A stretch of 59,597 nucleotides of DNA, counting the filler, from Trypethelium eluteriae (taxonomy: Eukaryota): assembly GCA_051942245.1 (NCBI GenBank). It is 2 parts of 2 records of this genome, joined end to end, with 100 filler letters (N's around TTAATTAATTAA, not from the genome) between each part and the next. Parts side by side here need not be neighbours in the genome. Positions count along the whole stretch, not along the records: positions 1 to 29,789 come from JAVECL010000288.1; positions 29,890 to 59,597 come from JAVECL010000289.1. One strand, 5' to 3'. Below are positions 23,745-35,519 of this stretch, piece by piece; positions within the stretch are counted from its first letter, which is position 1; every line of letters starts with the position of its first letter. The notes under the pieces are model-generated. The model was not told the origin of the DNA. It was given only the letters and a program-made list of their open reading frames with translations, and did no database searches. A program made the translations under genes and the position numbers.

Positions 23745-26700
23745 ATGGCGACCATTCTAACAGCCGGCGAAGCTGGTAAGTTCAACTGTTGCCCCGCGCT
23801 GCCGTGCATGGCTCTTGGGCCCCACGATTGAGCACGGAATTTCCACGAGATACTCACTGACTCGTATTTTGTTGCAGTCGCGCGTATTGCGTATTTGGCT
23901 AGCGATCTCGTCATTTCCGTCCAGCCTTCTCTTGCTACCGATTCCGAGTTTTCGACATTCCTGCGATCCTATACCCAACGGAAAGCGCCTGGCGTTGTTT
24001 CCAAAGATCTACCCGAGGTACGAACTATTGAACAGACAGCAAGGTGAAGACTAAAGCTGACGTGCAATAGGTCGAAGCTGTTCGACATAATGCCGACCCT
24101 CTCCTCTCCGTCTTTCAACCTATACGCAATGGCAAAATTGTCTCTGTCACAGCCAATTCCTCCATACTCCTCCCATCAATACCGCATCTGTACAAGCTAG
24201 CACAATACCCCGTGGTCATTCACGTCTCTCTCCAACCATCTGTCTATCCAGACTACTCGGAGATAACAGCAATTCGACAATGCGGTTTCACGTTTCTGCA
24301 GTCCGATACTCTTCAGGAGTCACAAGATCTAGCAATGTCCGCCCACGCATTGGCTTTAAAATCCGGAAAAGGTGTTATACACTTTTTCAATGGAGGCAAC
24401 CTCGGCCAAGATGATCCCATTCCTTATGAGGATAGAGAGCTACTCAAACAACTTTTAGATGTGGATGCTGCGAGACGATTTCAAAGCACTAAGAGTAGCG
24501 AGACAACTATATACGCCGATGATGGTCGAATAGCTTCCCTTTCAGTTGTTGGGAGCGTGGCGCAAGTAAACGCTTCTCCTTCATCACCATCTCGGCCGAG
24601 TCAAGCGGCTGAGAAGGTTCCTTCCACCCCAGTCAGTGCGAATGCCAGAAGTAATTCCTCTACCGCATCCGATTCCTCCCACCGTAATAGTAGTGAAGGC
24701 AGCGGACGAGCGTCTTCTCTTGCAACGTCGATCGAATCCGTCACGACACGCCCCGTCACGTTTGAAGACATCGATCGCATGCTCAATGGCATCTGGGCTA
24801 TAATCAAAGACGCTACAAAGCGCTCTTACGAGCCTTTCTCTTACACCGGTCCAGCCAACGCTACCTCAGCAATCTTTCTCTTTGGAGCCGACTCGGCGCT
24901 GTTCGGGCAGGCAATCGACGAAGCGACGAGCAATGACGTGTTCCAAAAAGTGGGAATCATTACACCAAGACTCTACAGACCATGGATCGGGTTGAAGCTC
25001 CTCTCTAGTGTGCCTAAGACTGTCAAAAAGATTGCGGTGGCGGAACAGATACGACGAAAGACAACAAAATGGGGTCCAGTCCTCTTAGACTTGCTGATGA
25101 GTATGAAAGGTGCGGATCTGGAAGCAGGGCGAGAAACACCACAAATCGTAGGATATCAGCTGGGCTATGTGGAACCTGTCACGGTTCGACAAGCTTTGAG
25201 AGGCATATTCCAGAACTTGATGAGTGAGAAGCCACTGCAGAATCTTGAGGTTGGCCGATCACAAGGGCCAAACTTGCAGGAGCAGGACTATGTACTGGAG
25301 CAACCGGATCTGGAGAATGCATACATGAAAATGTTGAGACAGGTATTCGGAGACAGATTGCATGTTGCAAATCAGCTCCGAAAGGACGATGCTGGCATCT
25401 CTTCTCAACTTGCAGCAAACCCGGAGTATGGATTTGGAAAATTGATTGCAAGGTCCGAGCATCGGCAACGATTCATCAATGAAGTCAAAGAGGTCGTCAA
25501 GACGCGAGATTTTACAACGGATGCTCCCAACAAATGGTTAAAGAAATGGGCTTTGGAAGCAGAGGATGCGGAGAAGGCTAATGCCACCGCGTCGGACGTC
25601 ATCATGAGACTCAGTACGGACGGTTCGCCTGCTGCTTCGAAATTGCTCGCTTCCAAAGCGTTATTCTACAGAGAAGCGAACTGGCTTATTGGCTCCGATG
25701 CATGGGCATACGACCTGGGAAATTCAGGGGTGCATCACGTCGTTGCTTCGGGACAAAATGTGAACATGCTGATTATCGACTCTCAGCCATACTCTGAACA
25801 CGCTGCTGCAGATGTTACAAGGCGGAAGAAGGATATTGGACTTTATGCTATGAACTTTGGCAATGCCTATGTTGCATCAGTTGCAGTATACGGGTCCTAT
25901 ACTCAGGTCTTACAGGCAATGATCGAAGCAGAGAAGTTCGAAGGTCCATCCGTGGTCATGGCGTACCTGCCATACAATAGAGAGACCGATAATCCACTCA
26001 CTGTCCTGCAAGAGACAAAGAAATCAATTGACCTTGGGTACTGGCCACTGTACAGGTGGAATCCTCGAGCGGAAGAAAAAGGAGAGGAGAACTTCCAGTT
26101 GGATTCAGAACGCGTCCGGGCGGAACTTCAAGCATTCCTCAAGAGAGACAATTATATGACACAACTGATGAAGAGACATCCGCAATTTGCTGCAAATATT
26201 TCGGAATCCTATGGATCTGAGGTTCGGGCTACGCAAAAGAGAAAGGCAAAGGATGCTTACAGCAAATTACTGGAAGGTCTATATGGAGCACCGATGACAG
26301 TACTTTTCGCATCCGACAACGGCAATGCCGAGTCTTTGGCCAAGAGGTTGGCCAACAGAGGAAAAGCGAGAGGTCTCAAGTCCATGGTGATGTCAATGGA
26401 CGACTATCCAATAGAAGATCTACCGAGCGAGGAAAATCTAGTCCTCATCACGAGCACAGCCGGACAAGGAGAGTTTCCGCAGAATGGTCGGGCATTTTGG
26501 GAAGCCGTCAAGACATCCACTGACTTGGACCTGACTACTGTCAAATTCGCAGTATTTGCGCTGGGTGATAGCCACTATTGGCCCCGCAAGGAGGACAAAA
26601 TCTACTATAATAAACCCGGCAAGGATCTCGGTGCGCGCTTGCTTGCTCTCGGTGGGAAGAGTTTGACAGAGATTGGCCTTGGTGATGATCAAGATCCCGA

Positions 26701-28516
26701 TCAATACCAGACAGGCTACAGTGAATGGGAGCCCAAGCTATGGCAAGCACTTGGGGTTGACAAGGTTGAAGGTATTCCTGATGAGCCACCCCCACTCACC
26801 AACGAAGACATCAAAATCCAATCCAATTTCCTCCGTGGTACTATTGTGGAAGGTCTAAATGATGTTTCAACTGGTGCCATTTCTGCTTCCGATGCGCAGC
26901 TTACCAAGTTTCATGGAACTTACATGGAAGACGATCGTGATCTTCGGGACGAAAGAAAAGCACAAGGCTTAGAACCCGCATATGCGTTCATGATCCGCTG
27001 TAGATTACCAGGCGGCGTTGCCACTGCAGACCAGTGGTTGAAGATGGACGCCATTGCTCAGAACTTGGGCAATGAAACCATGAAGCTAACGACACGACAA
27101 ACGTTTCAATTCCATGGTGTGGTGAAGGGAAAGTTGAAGCCTGCCATGCAAGCCATCAACAAAGCTCTTATGACCACCATTGCCGCATGTGGAGATGTTA
27201 ACCGGAATGTGATGTGTAGTGTCATACCAAGTCAGAGCCAGTTTCATGCTGATGTTTACGCCTGCGCGAAGCGGATAAACGATCATCTGTTGCCGTCAAC
27301 CACCGCCTACCACGAGATCTGGATACGAGATGACGATGGCAAGAAAACCCAAGTCGCTGGTGATGCAGTTCAAGACCAGGAGCCGCTCTACGGATCTACT
27401 TATCTCCCTCGAAAATTCAAAATTACCATCGCTGTTCCGCCTCACAACGATACTGATGTCTACGCCCATGACATCGGCCTCATTGCCATCAAGGGTGCTG
27501 ATGATCGTCTTGAAGGCTTCAACGTACTTGCAGGGGGCGGCATGGGCGTCACACACAACATGAAGAAAACGTATCCCCGCACTGGCAGTATGATGGGTTA
27601 TGTCTCCAAAGACAACATCCATAGAGCCTGTGAAAACATCATGCTCGTGCAACGAGATCATGGCGACCGCAAAGACCGCAAACACGCCCGATTAAAATAC
27701 ACAATCGACGACATGGGTGTCGATGTCTTCCGCACCAAAGTTGAATCGTACTGGGGCGAGTCCTTCGCCCCAGCCAAGTCCTTCCACTTCACAAGTAACA
27801 TTGACACCTTCGGCTGGCAAAAAGATGAAAATGGCCTTAATCACTTCACCTTCTTCATCGAAAACGGCCGCATCGAAGACACCGCCGACTTTCCTATGAT
27901 GACCGGCCTTCGCGAACTCGCCAAAATTCACAGGGGTGAGTTGCGCCTGACGCCGAACCAGCACCTCGTCCTCTCAGGCGTTCCCGACGCGCAACTTCCG
28001 GAGATCAAAGAGCTGCTGAAGAAATATCATCTCGACAACACGGACTTCAGCGGCCTGCGGCTGTCTTCGTCCGCATGCGTCGCATTCCCTACTTGTGGAC
28101 TTGCCATGGCCGAGTCTGAACGATATCTCCCCGAACTCATCACCAAGCTAGAAAATGCCGTCGAGGACGCGGGACTGCGGCATGACAGCATCGTCATGCG
28201 GATGACTGGGTGTCCCAACGGATGCGCACGGCCCTGGGTGGCGGAGGTGGCGTTTGTGGGCAAGGCATACGGCGCCTATAACATGTACCTTGGGGGCGGT
28301 TACCATGGACAACGACTGAACAAGCTTTACCGAAGTTCGATCAAGGAAGAGGAGATCCTAGATATTATGCGGCCATTGATCAAGCGATACGGGTTGGAAA
28401 GAAAAGAAGGGGAGCGGTTTGGAGATTTCTGTATCCGGATGGGGCTTATCAATGAGACGTACGAGGGAAAGGACTTTCATGCGAATACAGCAGAGGAAGA
28501 AGAGGAAGAAGAGTGA
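23745..28516 (+). CDS. MET5: Assimilatory sulfite reductase beta (hemoprotein) subunit
   Basis: MATILTAGEA|VARIAYLASD with introns ~23776-23877 and ~24018-24070; flavodoxin LFASDNGNAE; TTRQTFQFHG; YLPRKFKI; siroheme/4Fe-4S ligands CVAFPTC and TGCPNGC. Confidence 0.96.
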
Positions 28517-29013
28517 TAGTATAGGCTGGAAGAGATATATGAGGCTGAGAGACGTGTGTGGCTTCAATCATTCGGCGTTTATGAATCTGGGGGCAATCTG
28601 CATCTTGAAACGGAGGAAGGGTTCTCTTTGGACTTCAGCTCCAAAGAGATTAGAAAGGTAGGAGGGTTTATCTTCTCGTATATAGTTCATTGGCAAATTC
28701 TTAACAGCCTTACAAAAACTCTGTAATCTCCCGCTGCTCTTTCTCGTGGGCATGTGCCGGTACATGAGACTCTACACCGAAACTTCCTTTGGCCTCACTA
28801 TGCTCGCCAAACGAACAGACATGAAGCAGTAGGCATATTGCTGCCCCTATCTCATTCACTGAGTCTTCTTGATACCCTGTCCTAAGTCTTTCGTTGGTGT
28901 TCCTTCACCCGGAATCACCCAGCAATACCCTTCGGCTCCTTCTCACTCTCACTCCAATCCAACACAACAATACCCTAACGTTTGTATACAGCCAAATGCA
29001 TGTTCACTCCATC

Positions 29014-29100
29014 GCTGCGTTCGTCTAGTGGTTCAGGACAGTGGATTGTGATTCATCTCGCAGAACTCCAATAACGTGGGTTCGAATCCCGTACGCAGCA
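29014..29100 (+). tRNA. tRNA-His(GTG) with a ~14-nt intron
   Basis: Acceptor GCTGCGT/ACGCAGC plus A73; D arm GTCTAGTGGTTCAGGAC; anticodon stem (G)TGGA/TCCA(A) with loop TT-GTG-A; intron ~29052-29065; T arm GTGGG-TTCGAAT-CCCGT; downstream oligo-T Pol III terminator. Confidence 0.85.
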
Positions 29101-29789
29101 CGCCTTTTTTTTTCTCTCCCATCCTCTCTTGGTGTCCCAATGCGTAATCTCTATTATTCCCGCCATTCTCTGCCGCCATCTGAGGAAATAATCGGCAGCT
29201 AGACGTTGGCGGAATTTCTTCGCTGGTTCGAAAGCTTCGTGAAGCCTGCCCCTGAGACGAGTATCTCCACCTCTAGCCGTGCCTGGCAGTCAGCTATATT
29301 GTCTTACAATACCCATAGCCAAAAAAAAGTAACGAGACTGATGAAAAAGGGGGGAGCCTTCTTGCAACAGTCATTTAGCAAACTTCACAACGATTTTAAT
29401 TGACTTGTAGTCATTGATTTGGACTACACATTCAATATTTCGTATTGCTTTGAAAAGCATCCTCAAGCTCCTTCGAACCAAGCCTTGCTGAACGCATGGC
29501 TAGCCTCCGTTGTGAATTCTACATCCACGCATCGAGCATGCTATTTGCACATAGGTTGGCGCAAAAGACAATGCAAGTCTGGAATAGATCTTTTACTTTT
29601 ATTGGGGGAGAAATAAAATCAAAGGAAACCTCCAGTCACCTGCCTTCGTAGTCGTACACCTCGACCGATGCTCTCTCTCCGAAATGCCCATTTTCCACAA
29701 AGCACTGCCGCCATCTCTCCCGCCTAACGCCATGCACAATCGAATCCGCAAGTACCGCCACTATCTTCTATGTCTAAGAATCACGTCAC

Positions 29790-29889
29790 NNNNNNNNNNN
29801 NNNNNNNNNNNNNNNNNNNNNNNNNNNNNNNNNTTAATTAATTAANNNNNNNNNNNNNNNNNNNNNNNNNNNNNNNNNNNNNNNNNNNN
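29790..29889. other. Assembly gap (44 N + TTAATTAATTAA + 44 N)
   Basis: Exactly 100 positions with a central linker that has stops in all six frames. Artificial. Confidence 0.97.
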
Positions 29890-30634
29890 CGGCGCGGTGG
29901 GGGAGGAGAGCGTATTCGTGGTAGGGAGAGAAAGTGAGAAGGGAACGGGGAGGGTGCCGCCGGCGGATAGGACGAAGGTGTTTGGGGTGTGCTGGGATCG
30001 CGATGTGGGCATTCTGAGTGCAGGGAATGATAATCGGGTACAAGTTGATTGCGTAGGTTGAAGGTGATATCTACTGGGTCCGGAGTTGCCCAAATGATCT
30101 TTGATGAATATTTAGACTAAGGCAAGATTTTCAAGCGTGAAGGCGATTTGAAGCATTCTGAGTAGAACCATGTCGGGAGAGAACCCCACTAGAACTGGCT
30201 AGAGCTGAGTCTGAGGGCTTCGGGATCTGTGAGGAAGAAATCAAGACATTAGACACACTGAGGGCGACTAAAGAACGAAGTGGTGGGGATGCGAGAGCCC
30301 ATATGCGAGTCCAGATGAATAGCTTCAGAGGTCTAATCGAAAAATACCAAAGTACACAAATACAATCGAGAGAATACTAATCAGGATGGAGTAAACTCAA
30401 GTAATCACAAAAAAGACCTTCTATACTACCAGCGCCAAAGTCGCGACCTTGTGTTTCCATGCCTATACCCTGCGTCAACCTGATGAATGCTTCACCGGCG
30501 TAAGATAGCCTGTCTTCCACCTCCACGAATTACCCTTTGCTGCCTGCAAGCAGATGATGGCTTGCCCAATGTATAGAAATCTCCGAAAGATACTGAACCA
30601 TGGATGTAGTAATGTGAAAGTGCAATGAAACTCG

Positions 30635-31618
30635 TCACATAAAATCATCGCTACCACTCGTTAGCGCACTTTTCACGGCGCAGGTAGAAATGCAGTACTC
30701 ACTCTTCCAACCCATCATCATAAGCGATCGTGTCCGCCTTAGTGCTCACGTCCCGACTCGCCACGAGACTCGTCTTCGTCTTTGCCGCCTTGGACTTCTT
30801 CCCACTCTTCTCCGCCGCCTTCTCCTCCTTCATCTTCTCATTCGACAGCGTCGTCAGTCCGCTCGCCACCTTCTTGATCTGATCGCTCGGCAGCTCTTTG
30901 GCCAGCGCCTTCGCAAAGTCCACCAGGAACAGCGAGTATTGCGGCTTCTTGGCGTTGGCGGTCAGGAGGGGCACGAGCGCGTCGCGGAGCTGGCTGAACT
31001 GGTCCTTGTTGGCCGGCTTGAAGAGCGGGAGGGAGGCGAGGTCCACTGTGCCTGTAGGGTCGTTTTGGGCGGAACTCGTTGTCGTGCTGGCGGTCTTGGC
31101 GACGACAGCAGCCGGTTTGGGGGCGGCGCGTTTGCGGTTCAGGTCGATGTCGCCAAAGAGGTCCTCGGCGTGCTTAAGGTCGCTATCCTTTTCGGATCTG
31201 CGTAGGCGTTCCCTCTTTTCGGCTTCGTCCTCGTCTTCCTCGCTGCTGTCTTCTTGCGCGGCCTCCTCCTTCCGTCGCTGGATGTTGTCGTTTATCCGTT
31301 GAGTCTTTGTCTTGTGGGCTGCTTTGGCTTCGGCCTCTGCCTTGGCTTTGGCCTCGGCGGCTTTGTTCGCCTTCTCACGCTCGACTTCCGAGTCCTCTGC
31401 GGCATCCCAGGAGTCGAGAACCTCGTCTGAGTCCTCTTCGTCGTCGAACTTGGAGCGCCGAGCTATTGGAGCAGGTGGTGAGGATGGAGGTGTCGAGTCT
31501 TCGCTATCGTCATCTATCAGTGGAAATTAGCATGTTTCCTACGGTCAGAGAGCGGTGTGGAGGAGGGATCGTCGTTGATGCATTATGACGCACCCCAAGT
31601 ATTTCGGCTTGGTGCCAT
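30635..31618 (-). CDS. HCR1: Translation initiation factor eIF3 subunit J
   Basis: MAPSRNTW|DDDSEDSTPPSSPP..KFDDEEDSDEVLDSWDAAEDSEVERE..DSDLKHAEDLFG..KKVASGLTTLSNEKMKEEK..DDGLED|DDFM*. Two introns. Confidence 0.93.
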
Positions 31619-32106
31619 GTTGGCCTCTTTGTGCGCCAGGCGCTGTAAGCGTCGAGATCGTGATCGGGTCCGAAATTGAAGCTCTCAAGTCTCTCTGTGA
31701 AGGATGGAGTGTTCGCTGAAAGGTGGAAACGTAGACTGGTCGTCGTTGTGACGTGAAAGGGAAGAAGGAGCGGGCTGAACAGTGGGAAAGTCAGGCAAGG
31801 TCGCTTTGGTGGGGGAATTATGCGAGCGGGCTGCCAGATCGATCTTGTATGTATGCAGGCAAATGCAATATTGCTTTGCACGTGTCTCTCCTTGAACTTC
31901 AGGTAGGTTGTTACAACGGGGAGTCTGAGGCAATCCTGCACAAAGTTTTTATTTATTGAGCTTACTTAGCACCAGCATTTTCCACGCTTCTAACATGGTG
32001 GTGGGTGGAGCACGTCCGTACTCACTCCCAGCCACAATTTTAATCTTCACCCCTTGCGAAACTTCAAACACGCCCTTGCTCTCCTTCGACCCATCCGAAG
32101 GCTCAC

Positions 32107-32946
32107 TCATTTTTTGTTTGAAACTTGAACTGGTGTCAATCTACCAGTCTTAACGTCGTAGGTGAACCCAACGGACGCTTCACCGAGTTCTCGCCGGAGA
32201 AGGGGGGCCTCCCTTAGAAACAGGATATCATCCTTGACGGATTGCTCGAGGCTGAAGCAGTAAGCATTAGTCGAACATGCTTCTGCGGACTCTTCTGATT
32301 ACATACGTGCTGTCTTTGAAAGCACCGAACTCCATCGAGTCAATTTCCTTCACATCGGGTAGTCTTGTTTTCAGAGCGCTTCTTGCTTCACCATCTGTCA
32401 TGAAGCTTTTACCGCAGTCTGCAGTCTCCATCAATATCATTGAGTCTCTCATACACTTGTAACCGGTCCACAGCAGACTCACCGGTGTGATGGATTACCA
32501 TGATGCTCGTCAGTGGTAGCAAACCGTCCAAATACAACAAATCGTTGAAGATTGGTTTGACACGCCCGCCGGCGGTTCGAAGTACAACAGTTTCTATCAG
32601 ATTTCAGTTCTCTGGCGGACTGAAACCGAGAGCAAGTCTGCGAAAGCTTACGTACCTGGTGATTTCAAGTCCAGAAATGTCTCAGGGATGCAACGAGGGT
32701 CGGCGCAAGTTACTGCGTCGCCATTAGTGCGGTTCCAATTCGACATGCAACAAACGTACGTACCAACAACAACAGCTGGTGGATGCTGTTCAAGATTTCC
32801 GAACTCAGAGAAATAAGGAAGAGGAACGTGCTTTGTGGCATATGCCCTATAATCCATGGTAAGTGACTCGTTCTATGTTCCGCGCATACATTATGGTCGT
32901 ACTTGTTTCGCTCTACGAGCTCAGCGATGGTCACTGGAGAAGGCAT
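32107..32946 (-). CDS. Beta-class carbonic anhydrase (clade D-like)
   Basis: Zn ligands VTCADPRC and VIHHT|DCG; VLRTAGGRV; LEQSVKDD; GFTYDVKTGRL. About five short introns. Confidence 0.88.
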
Positions 32947-34327
32947 GAGGACTGTCTTACTGTGGTTGAGCTAAGTAAAGGAGGAGCTTGGAGTGTTCGC
33001 TTAACAAAGAAGTCGCTCAGGAACGCGACAGACGAGCAGATTGAAGATATGGATCGAAGCTCGACTTCCTGCTGGCTCACCACTCTTTATACTTCTAGCA
33101 TACGCAATTTAGGAGAAAGATCCATGGCAGACAACTGGAGACTTGCAGATCATTCGGAGACATATGACTCCTGTGCATGTATACTAGAGGGTTGGGGATA
33201 TCAGATGAAAACCTACTATACTAGATCTACGGCCACTGATTGGCATCCTTATCTCGACTGGAGGCATGAATTGAATTCATATCCAGGACATTCTCCTGTC
33301 AGCCACAGAGATTGGCGGGTTGTGACGTTACTTCAACCCATCACCGACATGAAAATTCGAGAAGATGGGACGCATGGAGGCAAGTGTCTGATTCAAAGGC
33401 GTCCTATACCGGATTAGGACATCAGTCCCCTGGTCGCTAGAGTCATCAAACCCATGTGGCTGGATGAATACATAACATCCGTAGAACATATTTGCCTCTA
33501 TTCCACTGGATGATTTTTGGAGCGTGTTCCTTGCACTTAAAGATACGGGCATCGGAAAGGAAGGAAAATTGCTCAGTATGTTGCCGCGAGCCTACCCCTA
33601 GTAGTGGTCTATTCGCTTGCATACAACAATCCTACCTGTCATACTGAATCATTGTGTAGTGGCATAAAATTTTCGGAAGTCTGAAGTGGTCCAATCATTC
33701 TTTTTACCAAAAATTCCAGAGCTTACATTGTCATCATATCCATTGACAGTGGCATATATTATTATCATAAGTCACCAAGACGACATTAAAGATAAAGATG
33801 AAATCTCCCTACATGAGATGAGGCTAATCCGCCGTCGGCTTCTCGGCGCCGGCGCATCCGCGAATGTAACAGTGCCGCAGCAAGTCCAAGTCCATCTTAC
33901 TGCGCCTTCGACACTAATATGCACTAATCCTTCACATATCCGACGATGTCTCTTTAGGAAAGACTGACGAGGTTTCAAGTCAGCAATACGATCTATTTGT
34001 GTAATATCCTACTTTGTAGCCAGCGTACCGCGGCTCTAGCCCAAGTCCGCACACAAAGATTACCGAGAAAGGCATAAATGCGAGCTATCTTGGTGCGCCG
34101 TACTTTTTCAATGGTAGTATCGTTGCAGCCACATTGAGGTCACAACTCGTGGCGACTGCATCTCAAAATGCTCCATATTGAACATAAAAGGTGAAGGTTG
34201 TTCTCACTTTGCCTCTCTTCATCACCAACAATCACTCCCATTCAATCTCCATACGTCTTCGTTCCAAGAAGTACTCTCATTCTTTATACATTCATTTTCG
34301 ATTCAACGCACCCGGAATCCGTTCAAG

Positions 34328-34708
34328 ATGCAACTTTCTACAGTTCTCGCTCTCCTTCCCGTCCTCGCCTCTAGCGCTCTTGCCGCTCCTTTGGAGGCCC
34401 GTCAATCCTCTACTTACGGCTGGAGCGTCTCATTCTTTAACGATGCTAGCTGCTCCGGAACTGCAGATCTTACCACGACCGCGGGCGACGACGACTATTT
34501 CGATTGTCAAGCCGCTGGTTCTGGTCCCTGGGCCAACGGGACGTTCTTTGGCGCCAAAGCCTCTGCTGATGGGTATTGCCACATAAAGTTCTTTGCCGAC
34601 ACTACTTGTACCTCTCAAGTCGGCGACGAAATCAACGGTGTGGCTAGCGCATGTATCGACAACCCTTCAGGTGGAATTATGGCGTACAGTGCTAGCTGCT
34701 ACCGATAA
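34328..34708 (+). CDS. Small secreted cysteine-rich protein (126 aa, 6 Cys), effector candidate
   Basis: Signal peptide MQLSTVLALLPVLASSALA, propeptide APLEAR|Q, internal repeat SFFNDASCS / KFFADTTCT. Confidence 0.85.
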   Translation: MQLSTVLALLPVLASSALAAPLEARQSSTYGWSVSFFNDASCSGTADLTTTAGDDDYFDCQAAGSGPWANGTFFGAKASADGYCHIKFFADTTCTSQVGDEINGVASACIDNPSGGIMAYSASCYR

Positions 34709-35519
34709 AAGATTGGAGAACTTGAAGGCGAGAGAAGGGCCGTCTAGTCAAAAGCCCTCGGGCCCTTCGGATCATGCGAATGACTTCTGCTGCTGCATGG
34801 CGATGGTGATGTGGGGCAAAAATGGGATGGTGTGGGGTGTGGGGATAAGGGCAATTAATCGAGATGTGATTCTGTAAATATTCAACCCTATTAATAAACC
34901 TGCTGAGATTACTATTCACCGAATGAATTATCTTCTGATGAGGGGCAAATCACTGCCATGGTCTCTCTATTTCATACCATTCTTTCCAAATAAGACCTAG
35001 AGGCGTAGAGTTCCTCAAGCCTGTACCAGCTCTCTGAGCTTTCCTAACGACTACAAATTTATCGTCCCAAATTTTCATCACCTTCAGGGGAGTTACGTCT
35101 CCATTCCAAGAAGGACTCAAACCCCTAAAGATAACAGTAGTGCACTCTTCAGCAGATACGAACGAGCCTCTCACAGCAGCGGCATTTAGCCCTGTAGGGT
35201 GAGATCCATAGCAACTAACCGCTTCTGGGTATTAGTGGCTGATCAGCGTAGGTGAATCTTTCTGACCGGAAGCGACTTTCTGTGCACTTTACCACAAGCT
35301 GAGCAAGTCATAGTACAAACAACGAAGTACGGGCCGCAAGCTGGGAAGATATTTTTGATGGCAATGGTATTTTATCATGATGCTGAGACACTCCGTCTGC
35401 CACCTGTGCTTCCCTCCGGATTGGATCGACATATCATCCCATACCCTTTCAGGGCATTGAATATCCAAATTTCTCTCCTTCTTTGTCTTTCCAGCAGCAT
35501 TTCTTAATCCGGCTCTTGT

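Noticed and set aside
22353..28516. FAD1 next to MET5 as a flavin/sulfur cluster
   Set aside because: Only two tandem core genes, and I found no full CYS-3/MetR-type ATGRYRYCAT site between them.
29834..29845. TTAATTAATTAA palindrome
   Set aside because: Artificial six-frame stop linker centred in the N gap.
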